Part shown: positions 25,301 through 40,300 of the stretch, in pieces
Layout: the number at the start of each line of letters is the position of its first letter
Position numbering within the stretch: the stretch's first letter is position 1
DNA from: Adineta vaga
Lineage: Eukaryota; Animalia; Rotifera
Direction of reading: 5' to 3'
Assembly: GCA_021613535.1 (NCBI GenBank)
Contig: CP075494.1
Coordinates: 10,168,001 to 10,232,000, forward strand
Length of the DNA: 64,000 nt
Position numbers and translations under genes: made by a program
The notes under the pieces: generated by a model
Told to the model about the DNA's origin: nothing
Database searches by the model: none
What the model saw: only the letters and a program-made list of their open reading frames with translations

Positions 25301-28300
25301 AGTGTCCATGAGCGGTTAATAGATATGACATCGTCACGTGAATTTTGGCGCTCGCAGTTAGATAGATACGATACTGAGTGTCACTTATCGTTACCAATCG
25401 ATCGCCAACGCCTACCTACTGAACAGCGATCTGGATATGCTTCAGTCGTCCGAATCTCTTTTGACGAAAACCTTGAATACAACTTCATTAGATATGCTTC
25501 TTCACATCAAACCACTCTATTTCAACTAGGACTTGCTACGTTTTTTGCATTTCTATTCAAGTTAACCTTTCAAGAAACTGATTTAAATGTTGCGTGTGTC
25601 AATGCTAATAGATACAGGCGGGAATTAGAGAATATAGCTGGAATGTTTGTTTCGACATTGCCATATCTTATTCATCTTGAAAATGATTATTGTTTCAACG
25701 ATCTTGTCATGTATGTTCGAGACATATGTTTATCAGTTTTTGAGCATTCTCATTATCCGTTACAATACATTATCAAAGATCTCCATCTCAATTCGTCAAA
25801 CACCTCGTTTCTCGAAACTTTGTTTGACTTCATTGTTGTTACATTTAATGTTGATAAACTGTCTTTTGATGGAACAAATTTGCAGAGAATTCAAACAACC
25901 AAGTCGATAGAAGTGGGTAAATTCGATTTCAAGCTCACATTTGTGTATGATCCCGAGTTAAGCGACGCCAAACTATCGTTTAATCTGGCGTGCTCATATG
26001 ATCTGTTTGACGACACAACAGTTTCGAAAATGGCTCAACGATTTCAGTATTTGTTTCAACAATTATTTACAAGTAGTTCAGATAGTAGTCAAAACAAGTT
26101 CAATGTTCCTTCGATTGCAAAACTTATTCTTATACTACCAGAAGAAGCTGATGAAGCACAAAGAATGATATTTCGACGTGTATCACGTATCACTGACGAA
26201 GGTATGATTTCTCACTTTAAGTCTGTATGGCACTTATATAAACTTCGATTAAGAGAAGACTTCAAACAATACAGTAGAGTGCTTGGTTTGCATGAGTATT
26301 ATCTTATTTGATATTCACTCAGAAAAAATAAAGGAGATCGGCAGCAACTGACGACGACAGTCAGCATTTCTTTTGGAAACTCAAATGTAAAAAAATTGCA
26401 AAGGATTGCATAATGATGACAAGTATCGATCAATATTTGTATATAATAGAAGCTGAGCATTCAAGCATTTCATTTCTAGCAGCCATGCACTAAATCAGAT
26501 TTGGACAGATATATTTCACCAGTAAAATGCATAACTACTTCTTTTAACTGTTTTTGATGAGTGTCGATGTATGTATGCATCACTTGATTATCATGTTGCA
26601 AATCGACATATTTTGTCGACTCAACATTTCAACACAAAATTCGCATAAAAACACGAGTCTACGAAAATTGATCGACGATTATTGATCGACACGAAAATTG
26701 ATCGATACGAAAATTGATCGAAACGAAAGTTAATTGTAACAAAAATCGTTGTATAAGAGAATACGACGCAGAATAAGAGAAAAATAACATCCTGATATCT
26801 TTCTCATCCTGGAGATAGAGATAAATTAAAATAAAACGAAACTGGGATAAAGAGAGAATCCCTAAATAATACAATTTTCTGATAATAAAACATTCTCTGA
26901 TGCAATTAAATAATTATACATCATACAATCACTTGAAAGCAGCCTAAGATTCGTAGAGAATACCTTTAATTAAGAGCTAATTTCTCTTAATTATAAACTA
27001 ATCAGATCAATAGATCACCGACAAAGTATTAAAGTAACTGTTCGAGTGAAATCATGAGTTATTGTGTTCTAAATGTCGACTTTCACGCTAAGTAAAACTC
27101 AACAATTGAAACCTTTATTAATTTGTAAAGGTTTCTTGTGTTCTTGTAAATGTAGATGTTCTTCATAGAATAAATTCTCTCAAAACTAACTCAGTCGACT
27201 AATTTTCTTATACACTTATTTTCGTAACGATCAATTTTCGTTCGATCTTTTTTCGTTCGATCAATTTTCGCTTTCCCTAAAAACACATGATATTGAAAAA
27301 GATCAAATTGATTTTCACAGAAAATGTAATGTTTATAAAAGCAACATCTTGATTAAGTGGACATATATGAGGATGACTTAGACGTCAAAATATAATCAAC
27401 CACACTCTCGTCCAGCTAATATTGTACATATGTGCCTATCACAAATAAAGTAACAAAAGTAGAGCTCGGACGAGTACTTGTCATGTACTTGAACTAAATA
27501 GACTTTATTTCTATCTGAGTTTGCTTTTGAGGACAATCCACTAGGTCCATTCGATGCAGCGTTTTAAGCTCTACAAAATAGATCCAGTCACATTTTTCAC
27601 TTCTAATTTAACTAGATCCAAAAAATCGAAAAACCACGAAAAATACTTGTACTTGCCAAGTACAAGCATTTTCTTCATTATTTTCAAACTATAATTAATC
27701 GCAAATATAATGTGAAAATGTGGCCCCAGTGATGTTGTAAAGCTTAAAAAGCTGCATCTAATGGACCTAATGGATTATCCTCAATAGTAAACTCTGATAA
27801 AATAAAGTCTGTTTAGTTCAAGTGCATCACAAGTACCTCCCCGAGCTCTGAACAAAAGTGACTATTGAGTTGAGCTCTCCCTCTTTTCTCAAAAGCGTAA
27901 ATCAAGACATTCATTGACATAACTTAATCTCAGCCACTCCTCAATCGAGCGAAGCGAAAAACAGTTATCCTTCTTTTCTCCAATATTCAGTCATACTTCC
28001 GTCTAGTGCCAGCATCATATGCGCAAGCTCGCATTTGGCTCGATGAACGAATTCGATTCGATCCCGATAAACCACAACTCGCAATATACAACATGCCTTT
28101 TCTCTATCGCCTCTCTTCCGAATGTACCCTATCAATATCACAACTTCGCCATGCTCTTCAACTCATTGTGCAGAAACATCTATCACTACGAACATCACTC
28201 AACTTCGATTCAGAAAACAATGTACTCATGCAACGAATTGTTGATTTAGACAACGATAATAAAGATCAACTATATGAATTCATCGAAAGTACTTATGAAA

Positions 28301-31300
28301 CAGAAGAAGAACTCAGTCACATTATGCACACTGAGAAAGGCAATCCACATATCTTTGATCTTTCCCGAGGTCTTGTTTTTCGATGCCATCTCGTCTACTA
28401 CAAACGAATATCTACAAATGATTTTCTCTCCAACAAAGACGCAATCATTTTCAATTTCCACCATGCTTTGTTTGACTTTCCATCAATGAAAATATTCCTT
28501 CATGATCTCAATCAAGCATACACAACTGGTCAACTACCTCCTGATAATGATGATACTCTTCGTTATCTTGATTGTAACTATCTACATATATTGTCTTTCA
28601 ATACCACTTCATTTGACTCTTCATTCTCTTTTTAAGATGCTATTATTGAACAACAAATGCCAATGGCAGGCGCAAGCATGTTTTGGCTTGATGCGCTACA
28701 TGATTGTCAACTCGATCGACTACTACCGTTACCATATGATCGACATCGTCTTTCAAACGAACATCGAACTGGTCGTGGAACATCCGTCACTTTTGAGTTC
28801 GGTCAAGATCTTTCACATCATTTTCTTACCTTTGCAACATCACTCAATATTTCTCTTGAGGATCTAGTGCTTGCAACTTATTATACTTTTCTATTCAGAT
28901 TAACGACTGGAGAAAAGGATTTTTGCATAGGAATGAACACACATGGTCGCTATAAAAATGAGTTTAAATCAGTGATAGGTATGTTTGTCAACGCTATTCC
29001 ATTGCGATATCAGCTGAATCCTCATTCGTCATTTCATCAGATGGTTACAGGTGTCTGTGAGATGAAGTCTAAAACTGTGAAATACTCGTATTTTCCGCTG
29101 CAGCGCATTCTCTCTCAACACGCGAATGTTTCGAAACCTGTATTCCTTGATACTTCATTCGAATTTCGATCATATGCATCAAAACTCGAGAAGAGTGATA
29201 TAACGATTGGTAGCAGTCGACTTTTAACAAGGCCTCACTCACTCGATATTGGAAACGATCAGATAATGACGAAATTTGATTTCACATTTAGCGTATTGTA
29301 TGATAGACAACATGAAAGTTTTTCATGTGACATTTCTGCATCATTGGATTTGTTTAATACTCAAACAGTCTATCAGATTGCACAACGATTTCATATTTTG
29401 ATAGCTGCGTTGATCTCTTTTCTTCATGATCAAACGAAAAAACCAATCTACGAATTATCAGTAATGACACCCGATGAAATGTGGCTCACACGGTCGTTGA
29501 ATAACACACATGCGGCATATACTAATTTTATATGCATTCATCATGCGTTTGTTTATCAAACGATGAAGTACTCACAAAAACTTGCAGTTGAGCTTGATGA
29601 ACAATCGTTAACGTATGCTGAACTTCTTCATTATGTGCAAATTCTGTCTGCGTGTCTTCTCAACAAATATGATGTTGATGTAGGTGAAATTATTTGCCAA
29701 TGCGTAGAACGCAGTCTATCGATGGTAAGTTGGTTGGAAGGAAAAACTTTCAACATACCATTAATCCACTGTCGAATAGGTAGTTGGTATGATGGCAATT
29801 GAAATGATTGGTGCTGTATATTGTCCGTTATCACCTCGAGATCCGCAACAACGATTGCATACATTGTTACAGCAAACAAATAGTCATATAGTTCTTGCTC
29901 ATCATTTCACGAAGTCGAACTTTGATGAAAATACCGTCACAATCGATATTGATTTTATACTTATTGACAATGATATTCAAAAAGATATTGATGTTTGTCG
30001 ATTAACAGACGTGATCATGACATCAGATAACATCGCTTATGTAATTTTCACCAGTGGATCAACAGGAATACCCAAATCAGTAGATAACTCGTTGCATTGT
30101 TTATTGACTAGATTAACTATATCATTCTCTTCCTAGGTTCAAATCAAGCAACGCAGCTTCATTGAACTCATATGTTCGCTAGTTCGTAGTGATGTTTTAA
30201 TCAAGCATGACACTGTTGTGCAAATGTCACGTTGCTCTTTTGATGGTCACATACAGGATATACTGGGTTCACTGGCTGTTGGAGCTACTCTTATCATGTT
30301 ACATCCACATGGTATTATGGACTATGATTACCTTGCTAATGTTCTCCAACAAAAGAATGTTACTTGGATCCTAACAGTACCAAGTATCCTTTATAATTTC
30401 TTTACTTTCGTACAACAAACAAACTACCTCTCTAAGATTAAATGTTTGCGATCGGTTTGTACTGGCGGTATGTAGTCAAATATTGTAATACATAAATTCT
30501 TACTTTATTGATAATGTATATAGGTGAGGCGTGTTTTGACAAACTAGTAGTCCTAATTCGAAATAGTGTGACACAAAGTTGTCGATTATGGAATATGTAT
30601 GGCCCTGTAGAAACAACAGTTGAATGCGTTTCTCATAATCTGAGTGGTGCAACAAATACGGCGAGCATTCCTATTGGTAAACCAATACAAAACTACAAAT
30701 GCCTAGTCTTGGATGACTTTTTGCAAATGAATATAATTGCTCAAAAAGGTGAGTTGCTTGTCGGAGGAGCAGGCGTGTTTCCTGGTTATCTTGGGCGTGG
30801 TGATTTAACGGCACAAGTACTCATCAATATTGATGGTCAGACTTACTATCGAACAGGTGATCTTGTTCGAATGGATGACAATGGACTACTCCATTACATT
30901 GGAAGGAAAGACTTTCAAATCAAACTTCGTGGTCAACGTATCGAAATCGGTGAAATTGAACAATGTTTACTGGGAATTTCCATCGAAGCATGCATCGTCA
31001 TCAAATGGGGAGAAGATCATCTAGTTGCTTATGTTCAAAGTTCTCATACTACCGAAGAACAACTACGTGAACATTGTCAATCGCATCTACCACCACATAT
31101 GGTTCCATCCATGTTCATCATACTTGACAAACTTCCTCTCAATGCTAATGGAAAAGTCGATCGAAAACAACTTCCTTCGCCAGAATTTTCGAATTTAACC
31201 GCTTTATCACAAGACGAATCTCAAAATTCACTGAATCACTTGGAACAACGAGTATATGATATCTGGTGTCAAGTTCTTCATTTCAAAGGAAGTCATTTAT

Positions 31301-34300
31301 CTAAAACTATCAACTTCTTTAGTGCGGGTGGTCATTCACTACTTTTTATCGAATTGTACCACCGTTATCAAACTGTGTTCGAGTTTGATATTCATGCTCT
31401 GTCAATCGCTCCTTTTCTTGAACAACCGACTATAGTTCAACACGCAAGCTTACTGGAAAAAGTCACAATGAATGAGTTGAAGTCAGCACAATGGCATACA
31501 CTCCATCTGATAAAAGGTAAGCTATTTTCATCTCATACCATATTCTTTGAAAAACTAATGTGGTTTATACATAAATTTGTAGGTAACGCATCTTTTGCTC
31601 AAGAACGCATTTTTCTGGACGAGCGAGTTCGGTTTTCAAAGAAAGTCGCTATCTATAATGAACTGATTGTCTTAAGACTTGCTGATGGTACCTTGCCAGT
31701 GAATCGTCTAAGAGATGCTTTCCGATATCTGTTAAGTAAACATGCTGTATTGCGAACATCTATTGTTTTCGACAACGAAACCGGTTATGTTCATCAATAT
31801 ATCAATGACAATATTCAAAACTACGCATCAGTTAACAAACACACATTTGAGAGTGATCATCAACTCAACGACATCATACATCTGCTATTAATTGATCCTC
31901 ATCTCTTCGATTTATCCACTGGACGTGTCTTTAGCTGTCAACTATTTTATCGACAATCATCTAACAGCGAAGAAAGAAATACTGATTTCATCGAAGAATC
32001 TGATGTTCTCATATTTGCTTTTCATCATGCAGCCTTTGATCGGACATCTCGCTCGATATTTTTCAAGGATCTGTATCATGCTTATAATAATAATTCAATA
32101 TGGTTCGACGAAGAGAAATCATTGCAATACATTGATTACAGCGTTCATGAACGTCTAATTGATATGACACCATCACGCGAGTTTTGGCGTTCTCAACTAG
32201 CTGGCTACCATGTCGAGCATAGCTTAGCGTTACCTGTTGATCGACGTCGTTCGCTCAGTGAACAACGATCGGGTGCAAGCTGTGTCGTTCAAACATCCTT
32301 CGACAAAGAAATTTCTGCATCATTCTTGGAATATGCTTCATCACATCAAGTGACACCATTTCAACTAGGTCTTGCTACATTCTATGCATTTTTGTTCAAG
32401 TTAACACATGGTGACAATGATATATGTGTTTCTGCTCTGAATGCTAATAGATACAGACCGGAATTGCAGAACATTATGGGCATGTTTGTTGCAACATTAC
32501 CACATCGAATTCATCTTGACAAGCAGTTGACCTTTCACGAACTTGTTAGAGTTGTGCACGAAACATGTTTAGCGATTCTTGAGCATTCTTATTATCCTCT
32601 GCAACAAATTCTAACTGATCGGCGTCTGAATCAATCTCCTGTTTCATTTCTTGACATAATGTTTGAGTTTGCTACTGGATTTTCTGGCGAGGGTCGAAAC
32701 TTTTCGAACAGTCTGTACTTGGAAAATGTATCATTAGAACAAACATTACAAATGGCTAAATTTGATGTCATGCTTTGGTTTGGCTATAATCCATCATTGA
32801 AAGATGAAAAATTATCATTCAGTTTGATTTGTTCAAGTGATTTGTTTGAGGTGTCAACGGTCAGAATGATAGCTCGAAGATTTAATCATTTTCTTCATCA
32901 GATTTTTTTAACAAATCCAATTGTCGATCAAGCAGATGCTCATGCTCGTTCTCTCACTAAATATAATCTTATTCTACCAGAAGAAGATTTAGAAATTCAA
33001 AAACAAGTATTCTGTCGACAATTAACTGTTATAAATGAAGGTACGTTAATTTAAAATGTGTGAAATCTACTAGTATTAAAGAGAATTGAGTCGATAATAG
33101 TTTGGAAACCTGTATTAATTAGAAAAAATCTGATTATTTTTCATACATGAACTTTTGAAAGTTGATAAGGAAAGAAAGAAAAATCACTATTTCACATGTC
33201 TGAGATTTATGGGACCTTGAACAATAATCTGAATGCGCTCATCTATTATATAATTTACAATGTTTGTTATTTTATGTCACACATTCATATATATCATGTA
33301 TAATTCTCGAACAATTACTATGTTCTATTGTCAAGTAGGAGATTACAGATCCTCGGTAGTATAGTTGCGTTTTGTAACATTTTCGCATGTCGTCCAGTGT
33401 AATGGTGACTTGTTTCGTGTGAAAATTGAAGCATTCTTTTTGTTCGACTACATGTTTTACTTTGACAAAGATATTGGAATAGTGAAGGACATCAACATGT
33501 TGTAATGCAAATGAATTTTGTCTGATTGAACTATTAATGATTATGACTAAATACATTTTGATATCGCGATATAAACCAGTGACAGAAATATTTCAAAATA
33601 AATCACATCTACAGCCCAATAAAATACTGTAAGACGCAGCTTTGTTCCAAATACTTTAAAAGAAATAATGCTTTTTTAGAAATATTAAATAATTTTTACA
33701 TACGATGGAATCCACGGAAGATTGCACTGTAGTCTTCTATGAAATAGTTAAGATTTGCTATGAAAAATAGAGTCAGTCGTGTGTCATAATTAGTCAGTCT
33801 CACATATTCGATGGTCGATCTATTTTTACTATTGCTGTTCCGATATATTCCTGATGGTGATTCTACCGCACTCTGTAGTCTGAAGACATACCATAATAAT
33901 TCTCAAACAATTATTCTTTTTCTAACATAGCACCTGCTTCTTATGCACAAACTCGACTTTCGTATGATGAGAAAACACCTTTTCATCCAGATCAGTCTTC
34001 GACAATCAATTACAACATGCCATTTCTTTATCAGCTATTACCAAAACACACTTTATCTATCAAGCGACTTCGGCAAGCTCTAGAACTGTTGGTCATCAAA
34101 CACGAATCATTCCGAACTTCTCTCATTCTCCCCCAAGAAACCAATATACTCATACAAAAAATCATAGATCCTGCGTATAATAAGTCCGATCTGTTTAAGT
34201 TTCTCGAAAGTACATATGAAACGATCGAACAATTGAACGACATCATTACTAGTGAAAAGGAAAACTCGAAATGTTTTGATTTACCTCAAGGCCTCGTGTT

Positions 34301-37300
34301 TCGATGTCATCTCATTTACTACAAACATATCTCTGATAACGATATTCTTTCTGGTAGCGATCGAATTATTTTCAACTTCCACCATGCTGTATTCGATATT
34401 CCATCAATGAATATTTTTCTTCGTGATCTCAATGAAGTATACACGATAGGTCAACTACCGAACGATGACAATGATAGGTTGCGTTATATCGATTGTAAGC
34501 ATACATGGATTGTATCGACCCATTTAATGTTATTTTTCTTTGTTTATATTTAGATACTATAATCGAACAGCAAATGCCAATGACTGGTGCAAATATGTTT
34601 TGGCTGGATGCTCTGCAGGATTGTCATCTCGATCGATCTCAGCCACTGCCATATGATCGACACCGTCTTTCCAACGAGAATCGAACTGGCCACAGCATTT
34701 CGACATCTTTTGATTTCGGTCATGATCTCTCCTATGAATTTCTCGCTTATACATCGTCTCACAATATTTCACTCCGGCAACTGACACTTACTGTCTATTA
34801 TGCTTTTCTATACAAATTGACGAATGAAGAGACAGATATTTGTGTTGTGATGAACGTTAACAATCGATACAGAGATGAACTCAAATCAATCATTGGATTG
34901 TTTGAGAATATCATTCCATTGCGTTGTCAAGTTGATCCTCACTGGTCTTTTCACCAATTAATTCAACATGTTTGCGAAATAGAGGAAAGTTGCGTCAAGT
35001 ATTCGTATCTTCCCTTTCAACGCATTGTCAATCAACATGCAAATCCTACAGGAACTGCATTTCTAAATATCTTTTTTCATTTTCAATCAAGTGAAAGTCA
35101 ACATAATCAGACTAAAGTGATGATAGGAGACGCTAGACTCTATCGTTTATCTGACCCGGTCGAGAAAACTAATCATGATATGATAAATCAGTTTGATTTC
35201 TTAGTTTTCATCGAACACAACGCAAGTGATAATCGACTATCATGCACAATCAAGGCGTCACTCGATTTGTTCAGTGAAAATACGGTTTCTACGATTGCAC
35301 ATCGATTCCATTGCATGATACAAAGTATGGTTCACCCGACAAATGATCAAATGACAACACCAATCTACGAATTATCATTCAGATCACCGAATGACGAATT
35401 GTTAATGCAATCAGTGAATAACACAGAAATGAAGAATTCATCTGTTTCCTGTATTCATCATGAGTTTGTCCGTCAGGTGATCGCACATCCACAGAAACTA
35501 GCAGTTGAACTTGACGAACAGTCTCTCACGTATTCAGAATTGTTACATTCAGTTCAAGTTTTGTCTCTACGTCTTCTGAACGAATATCGCGTTGTTCCAA
35601 ACGAAATCATCTGCCAGTGTCTTGAGAGAAGTCTTGCGATGGTAAGTTGATGAAAGGTATTAACCATAGTCTTAGTGAAATATTGATATTGATTAGGTCA
35701 TTGGTATGATGGCAATTGAGATGATCGGTGGTGTATATTGTCCTCTATCACCTCGAGATCCGGAACAACGTTTGTATGCACTTGTACAACAGACGAATAG
35801 TCGTCTTGTACTGGTGCATAGTTCAACAATAAACAAGTTTCCCCTTTCTTTCATTATATTAGATATTGATATTCTAACGATTCGTGTAGATCTCGAAGAT
35901 GTTTCTAGTATTGTTCAACTATCAAATATTATAGTCACGCCAGATAATATTGCCTATATTATTTTTACCAGTGGATCAACTGGGATACCGAAAGCTGTGA
36001 GTGATGTCTTCAACGATGAAGTGACAAAGCAGTAATATCCATTTCTTTTATAGGCACAAATTCAACACCGAAACGTGAGCGCGTGTATGCATTCTATGGT
36101 GACAATTGATGCTGTCAATCAATACGATATGGTCATACAAATTGCACGTTGTTCATTTGATGTTCATGTTCTAGACATAATGGGAACATTGATGATTGGT
36201 GGATCTTTGATAATGCTACATCCTGACGGTATTCTAGACCTTGAATATTTCACATCAGTGCTGCAAGAAAAACAAATCACTTATATTCAAGCAGTTCCTA
36301 GTTTGCTTAAAGCATTCTTTACATTTCTGAAAGAAACATTTCAATACTCTCAAGCAACATGTTTCAGATCTGTCTGTAGTAGTGGTTAGTGGTTATAAAT
36401 CACATTTTTATCTCAATAATCTCTCTTTCTTTTCGTAGGAGAACCTTTCTCACTCGACTTAATGTCGTTAATAAACAGTTACGTCACAAGCAAATGTAAT
36501 ATATGGAATTTGTACGGTCCCGCCGAGACAATAATTTGTACATTTCAATGTGTCAATTCGTCAGAGGATATAATAAAAATTCCAATCGGCTTGCGTATGC
36601 CTGACTATCAATGTCTGATATTAGACAAATTCTTACAAAAACTTGCGCTAGATCAGGAGGGTGAATTATTTGTGGGAGGGTTAGGAGTCTTCGCTGGCTA
36701 TCTTGCACAAGATGATTTGACAACGAAAGTACTCACTAATATTGATGGTGCGAATTTCTATCGCACAGGTGATCTTGTTCGAATGGACAGCAATGGACTT
36801 CTCCATTACATTGGAAGAAAAGACTTTCAAATCAAACTTCGTGGTCAACGTATCGAAATCGGTGAAATTGAACAGTGTTTGTTGCAAACTTCCATCGACG
36901 CATGCATCGTCATCAAATGGGGAGAAGATCACCTAGTTGCTTACATTCAAAGTTCTGGCATCACTGAAGAACAGCTACGCGAACATTGTCAATCGCATCT
37001 CCCACCACATATGATTCCATCGATGTTCATCATACTTGACAAACTTCCTCTCAATCCAAATGGAAAAGTAGATAGAAAACAACTTCCTCTGCCCGAATTT
37101 TCTCATTTATCATCAGCACATTTGGGTGAAGATGGTAAACCAACAACACCAAGAAATGAAACTGAACGCATCATTCATCACATTTGGTGTGATATACTTA
37201 AGAGAAATGAGATCTCAATCGATACAAGCATCTTCAGTATTGGTGGCCATTCATTACTCATCATGCAACTCTTTCATCGATACAAGATAGAACTTCATCT

Positions 37301-40300
37301 AGAAGAAAACATCCTCTCCATTGCTGATCTCTTTCAACATTCATCCATCTCAGATCATGCAAGACTCATTCAAGAGACATTATGCATCATACGAACCGAT
37401 GATGAGCATCACTGGTATCCACTATATCTCAGTCAAGGTAAAATACATGTTACATACCTTTGAACAACTATATTTCTCTCTATTCGTTTATTTATAGCTA
37501 AAGCATCATCTGCTCAAGAGCGCATCTTTCTCGATGAACAAATTCGTTTTGCATCTCAAACTAGCAAAAACATATATGCAATCCCACATCTCTACCGCCC
37601 TATGTCAAACAATGATCAGATCTCAATGTCTAGATTCCACCAAGCACTTCACGCTGTCGTCACAAAACATACCATCCTTCGAACTGCCCTCTATCTCGAC
37701 ATCGATGGTTCTATTTTACAACGATGCTTAGAGTCAAATATCTCGTCTTTCCACGGGTCACGAGTATATGGTTTCACAATCATTAATCTTCAGAATGATG
37801 ATCGTCAAATCAATGAAACTGTGAGAGAGATTCAAAATCAATCTGATCTGTTTGATTTGTCACAAGGACGTGTCCTTCATTGTCACATTCTTCGTTATTC
37901 ACACATCGATGAAGATCTACTCACTGATCGTGACTTCATACTAATCAACATTCATCATGCAGCATTTGATGGTGCATCCACATCCACTTTTCTCTCTGAT
38001 CTTGCTCTTGCCTATGAGAACACCCACCCGCTACTGAGAGATAAAAGTACATTACAATACATTGACTATTCTGTTCATGAACATGTCATGGACACAACAT
38101 TAGCGCGTGACTTCTGGCATTCTCATCTCGAAGGATACAATCTTCAGCATCCTCTCGCCCTACCCATGGATCGGCAACGTCCATCCACTACTCAACGATC
38201 AGGTCTTGCATCCAGTAGTCACATCGTGTTCGATGATGATGTTGCTGAAGCCTTTCTTAACTATGCATCATCACATCATCTCACACTCTTTCAACTCGGC
38301 TTGGCTACATTCTATGCATTTCTCTTCAAACTGACGCATGGTCAAGACGACTTATGTGTTGCATCGATCAATGCGAATCGATATCGAAGTGAACTAGTGA
38401 ACATGATTGGAATGTTTGTTTCGACATTGCCATACCGTGTTCAACTGGATCCTCATTGGTCATTCGATGACCTTGTTCGACATGTGCGAGAGAGGTGTTT
38501 ATCAATTCTTGAACATTCTCATTATCCACTACAGCACATCTTGGCTGACTTTCATCTGAATCAATCGAATGCTTCGTTTCTTGAGACAATGTTCGATTTT
38601 ATCACTGTATCTCCGACTGTTCATCGTTTTAGTTTGAATGGCATTGAGTTGGAACAAGTATCAATGGGCGGAGAAGCAGGTGGAGGATTGAAGTTTGACT
38701 TCTCTGTTACATTTGTTCACAATAAAGCAGCGAGTGACAAACAACTATCATACTTCGTTGCGTGTTCACAAGATCTATTCGATGTAGAATCAGTCGATAA
38801 AGTGGCACAACGATTGCATTGTATGATACAACGAATGTTTTCAATCATGGGACATCACATAGAGACCACAATCTGCGAATCTTCACTGATATTACCAAAT
38901 GAACGCGTGTTGATGCAATCGATGAACAATACCGAGATGCAGTATTCTTCTGCTTCGTTTATTCATCATGAGTTTGTTCGTCAAGTCGTCGAGCATCCGC
39001 AGAAACTAGCGGTTGAACTCGATGAACAGTCACTCACCTACACTGAGCTTCTCTATCACGCTCAAGTTCTGTCTTTGTATATTTTGGAGGAATATTATAT
39101 TATACCGGGTGACATCATTTGTCAGTGTGTCGAAAGAAGCGTATCAATGGTAAGTTTGATTGAGAGAATATATGTGGATGTCATTAATGTATGCATGTTG
39201 ATTAGGTGATTGGTACGATGGCAATCGAGATGGTTGGTGGTGTATATTGTCCGTTATCACCTCGTGATCCACAACAACGTTTGCATGCACTAGTGGAACA
39301 AACTCAATGTCGTCTCGTTTTATTACATTGTTCTACAGACACCATGTTCAGCAATGATTTAGTTCTAATTAATATCGATTCGCTGTTGATTAATAACAGT
39401 ACACATGACAATATTTATTATGATCTACTATCGAATATTTCAGTGGTCTCAGATAGTATTGCATACATCATATTCACAAGTGGATCGACAGGAGTACCAA
39501 AACCGGTCAGTAACACAAAACATAGGAGTGAACCGATTTTTTCTAGTACTATTGACGCGAGCGAGCAAAGTAACATCCTGTACAATTTCTAAGCTATACA
39601 GTTTGATATAATTCGATATCTTCCCTAAAAAGTTGAACAAGTAACACAATATAGTTACATAACGTTATGATGTGTTTTTCAAAAATTTCTCATGTTTTTC
39701 ATTTGTATATATGTGTATATTTCAAACTGCATGTAGTCAACAAGGGATGGATGCTGGAAATGTTTCTTGATTCCATTATTGTTAGAACTATCTTCAATAG
39801 AAATCCGTGATGAGACAAATAAGCTGCTTAAAATTTATTAGGAATTAATGTTTCAAAAAGCCCTTTTCCAAAGGAAAGAAAACTAACTTCTTTTCAGAAA
39901 AACAAAACAATTTTTTGGTTAAGACGAAAGTTGCTCAGATGATATATTCTTTATTACATAATTTTTTAGTAGACGGGGCTTCGTTCGAACATGTTCGAAT
40001 TTGTTTTTTGTACTAAAAGAGAAAATTGAATATAAATTATTCTATTGAAATACGATAAATCCAGATTTCTAGCAATGTATTCCAGACGACCGAGCGCAAA
40101 AGTATAGAAACAGTTACGAAAGATACATCATATAATAGAATATTTTACAGTGCACAGGGGATTATGTGTAACATCTTTTCTTTTATCACCAAAATATTTT
40201 TTGTGTTCCGTAGATTTTCCTATAATACTTGATAATTTACGTGTATGCTCTATAACTCAGTGATTATATGAATTATAGGACAGAATTTGGTTTAACAGCA

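Larger units (their letters stand above)
24744..31516 (+). other. NRPS module 3: C(HHAAADR)-C(HHALFDF)-A3-T3
   Basis: A4 FDGHIQD, A5 NMYGPVETTVE, T FFSAGGHSLL. Confidence 0.9.
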
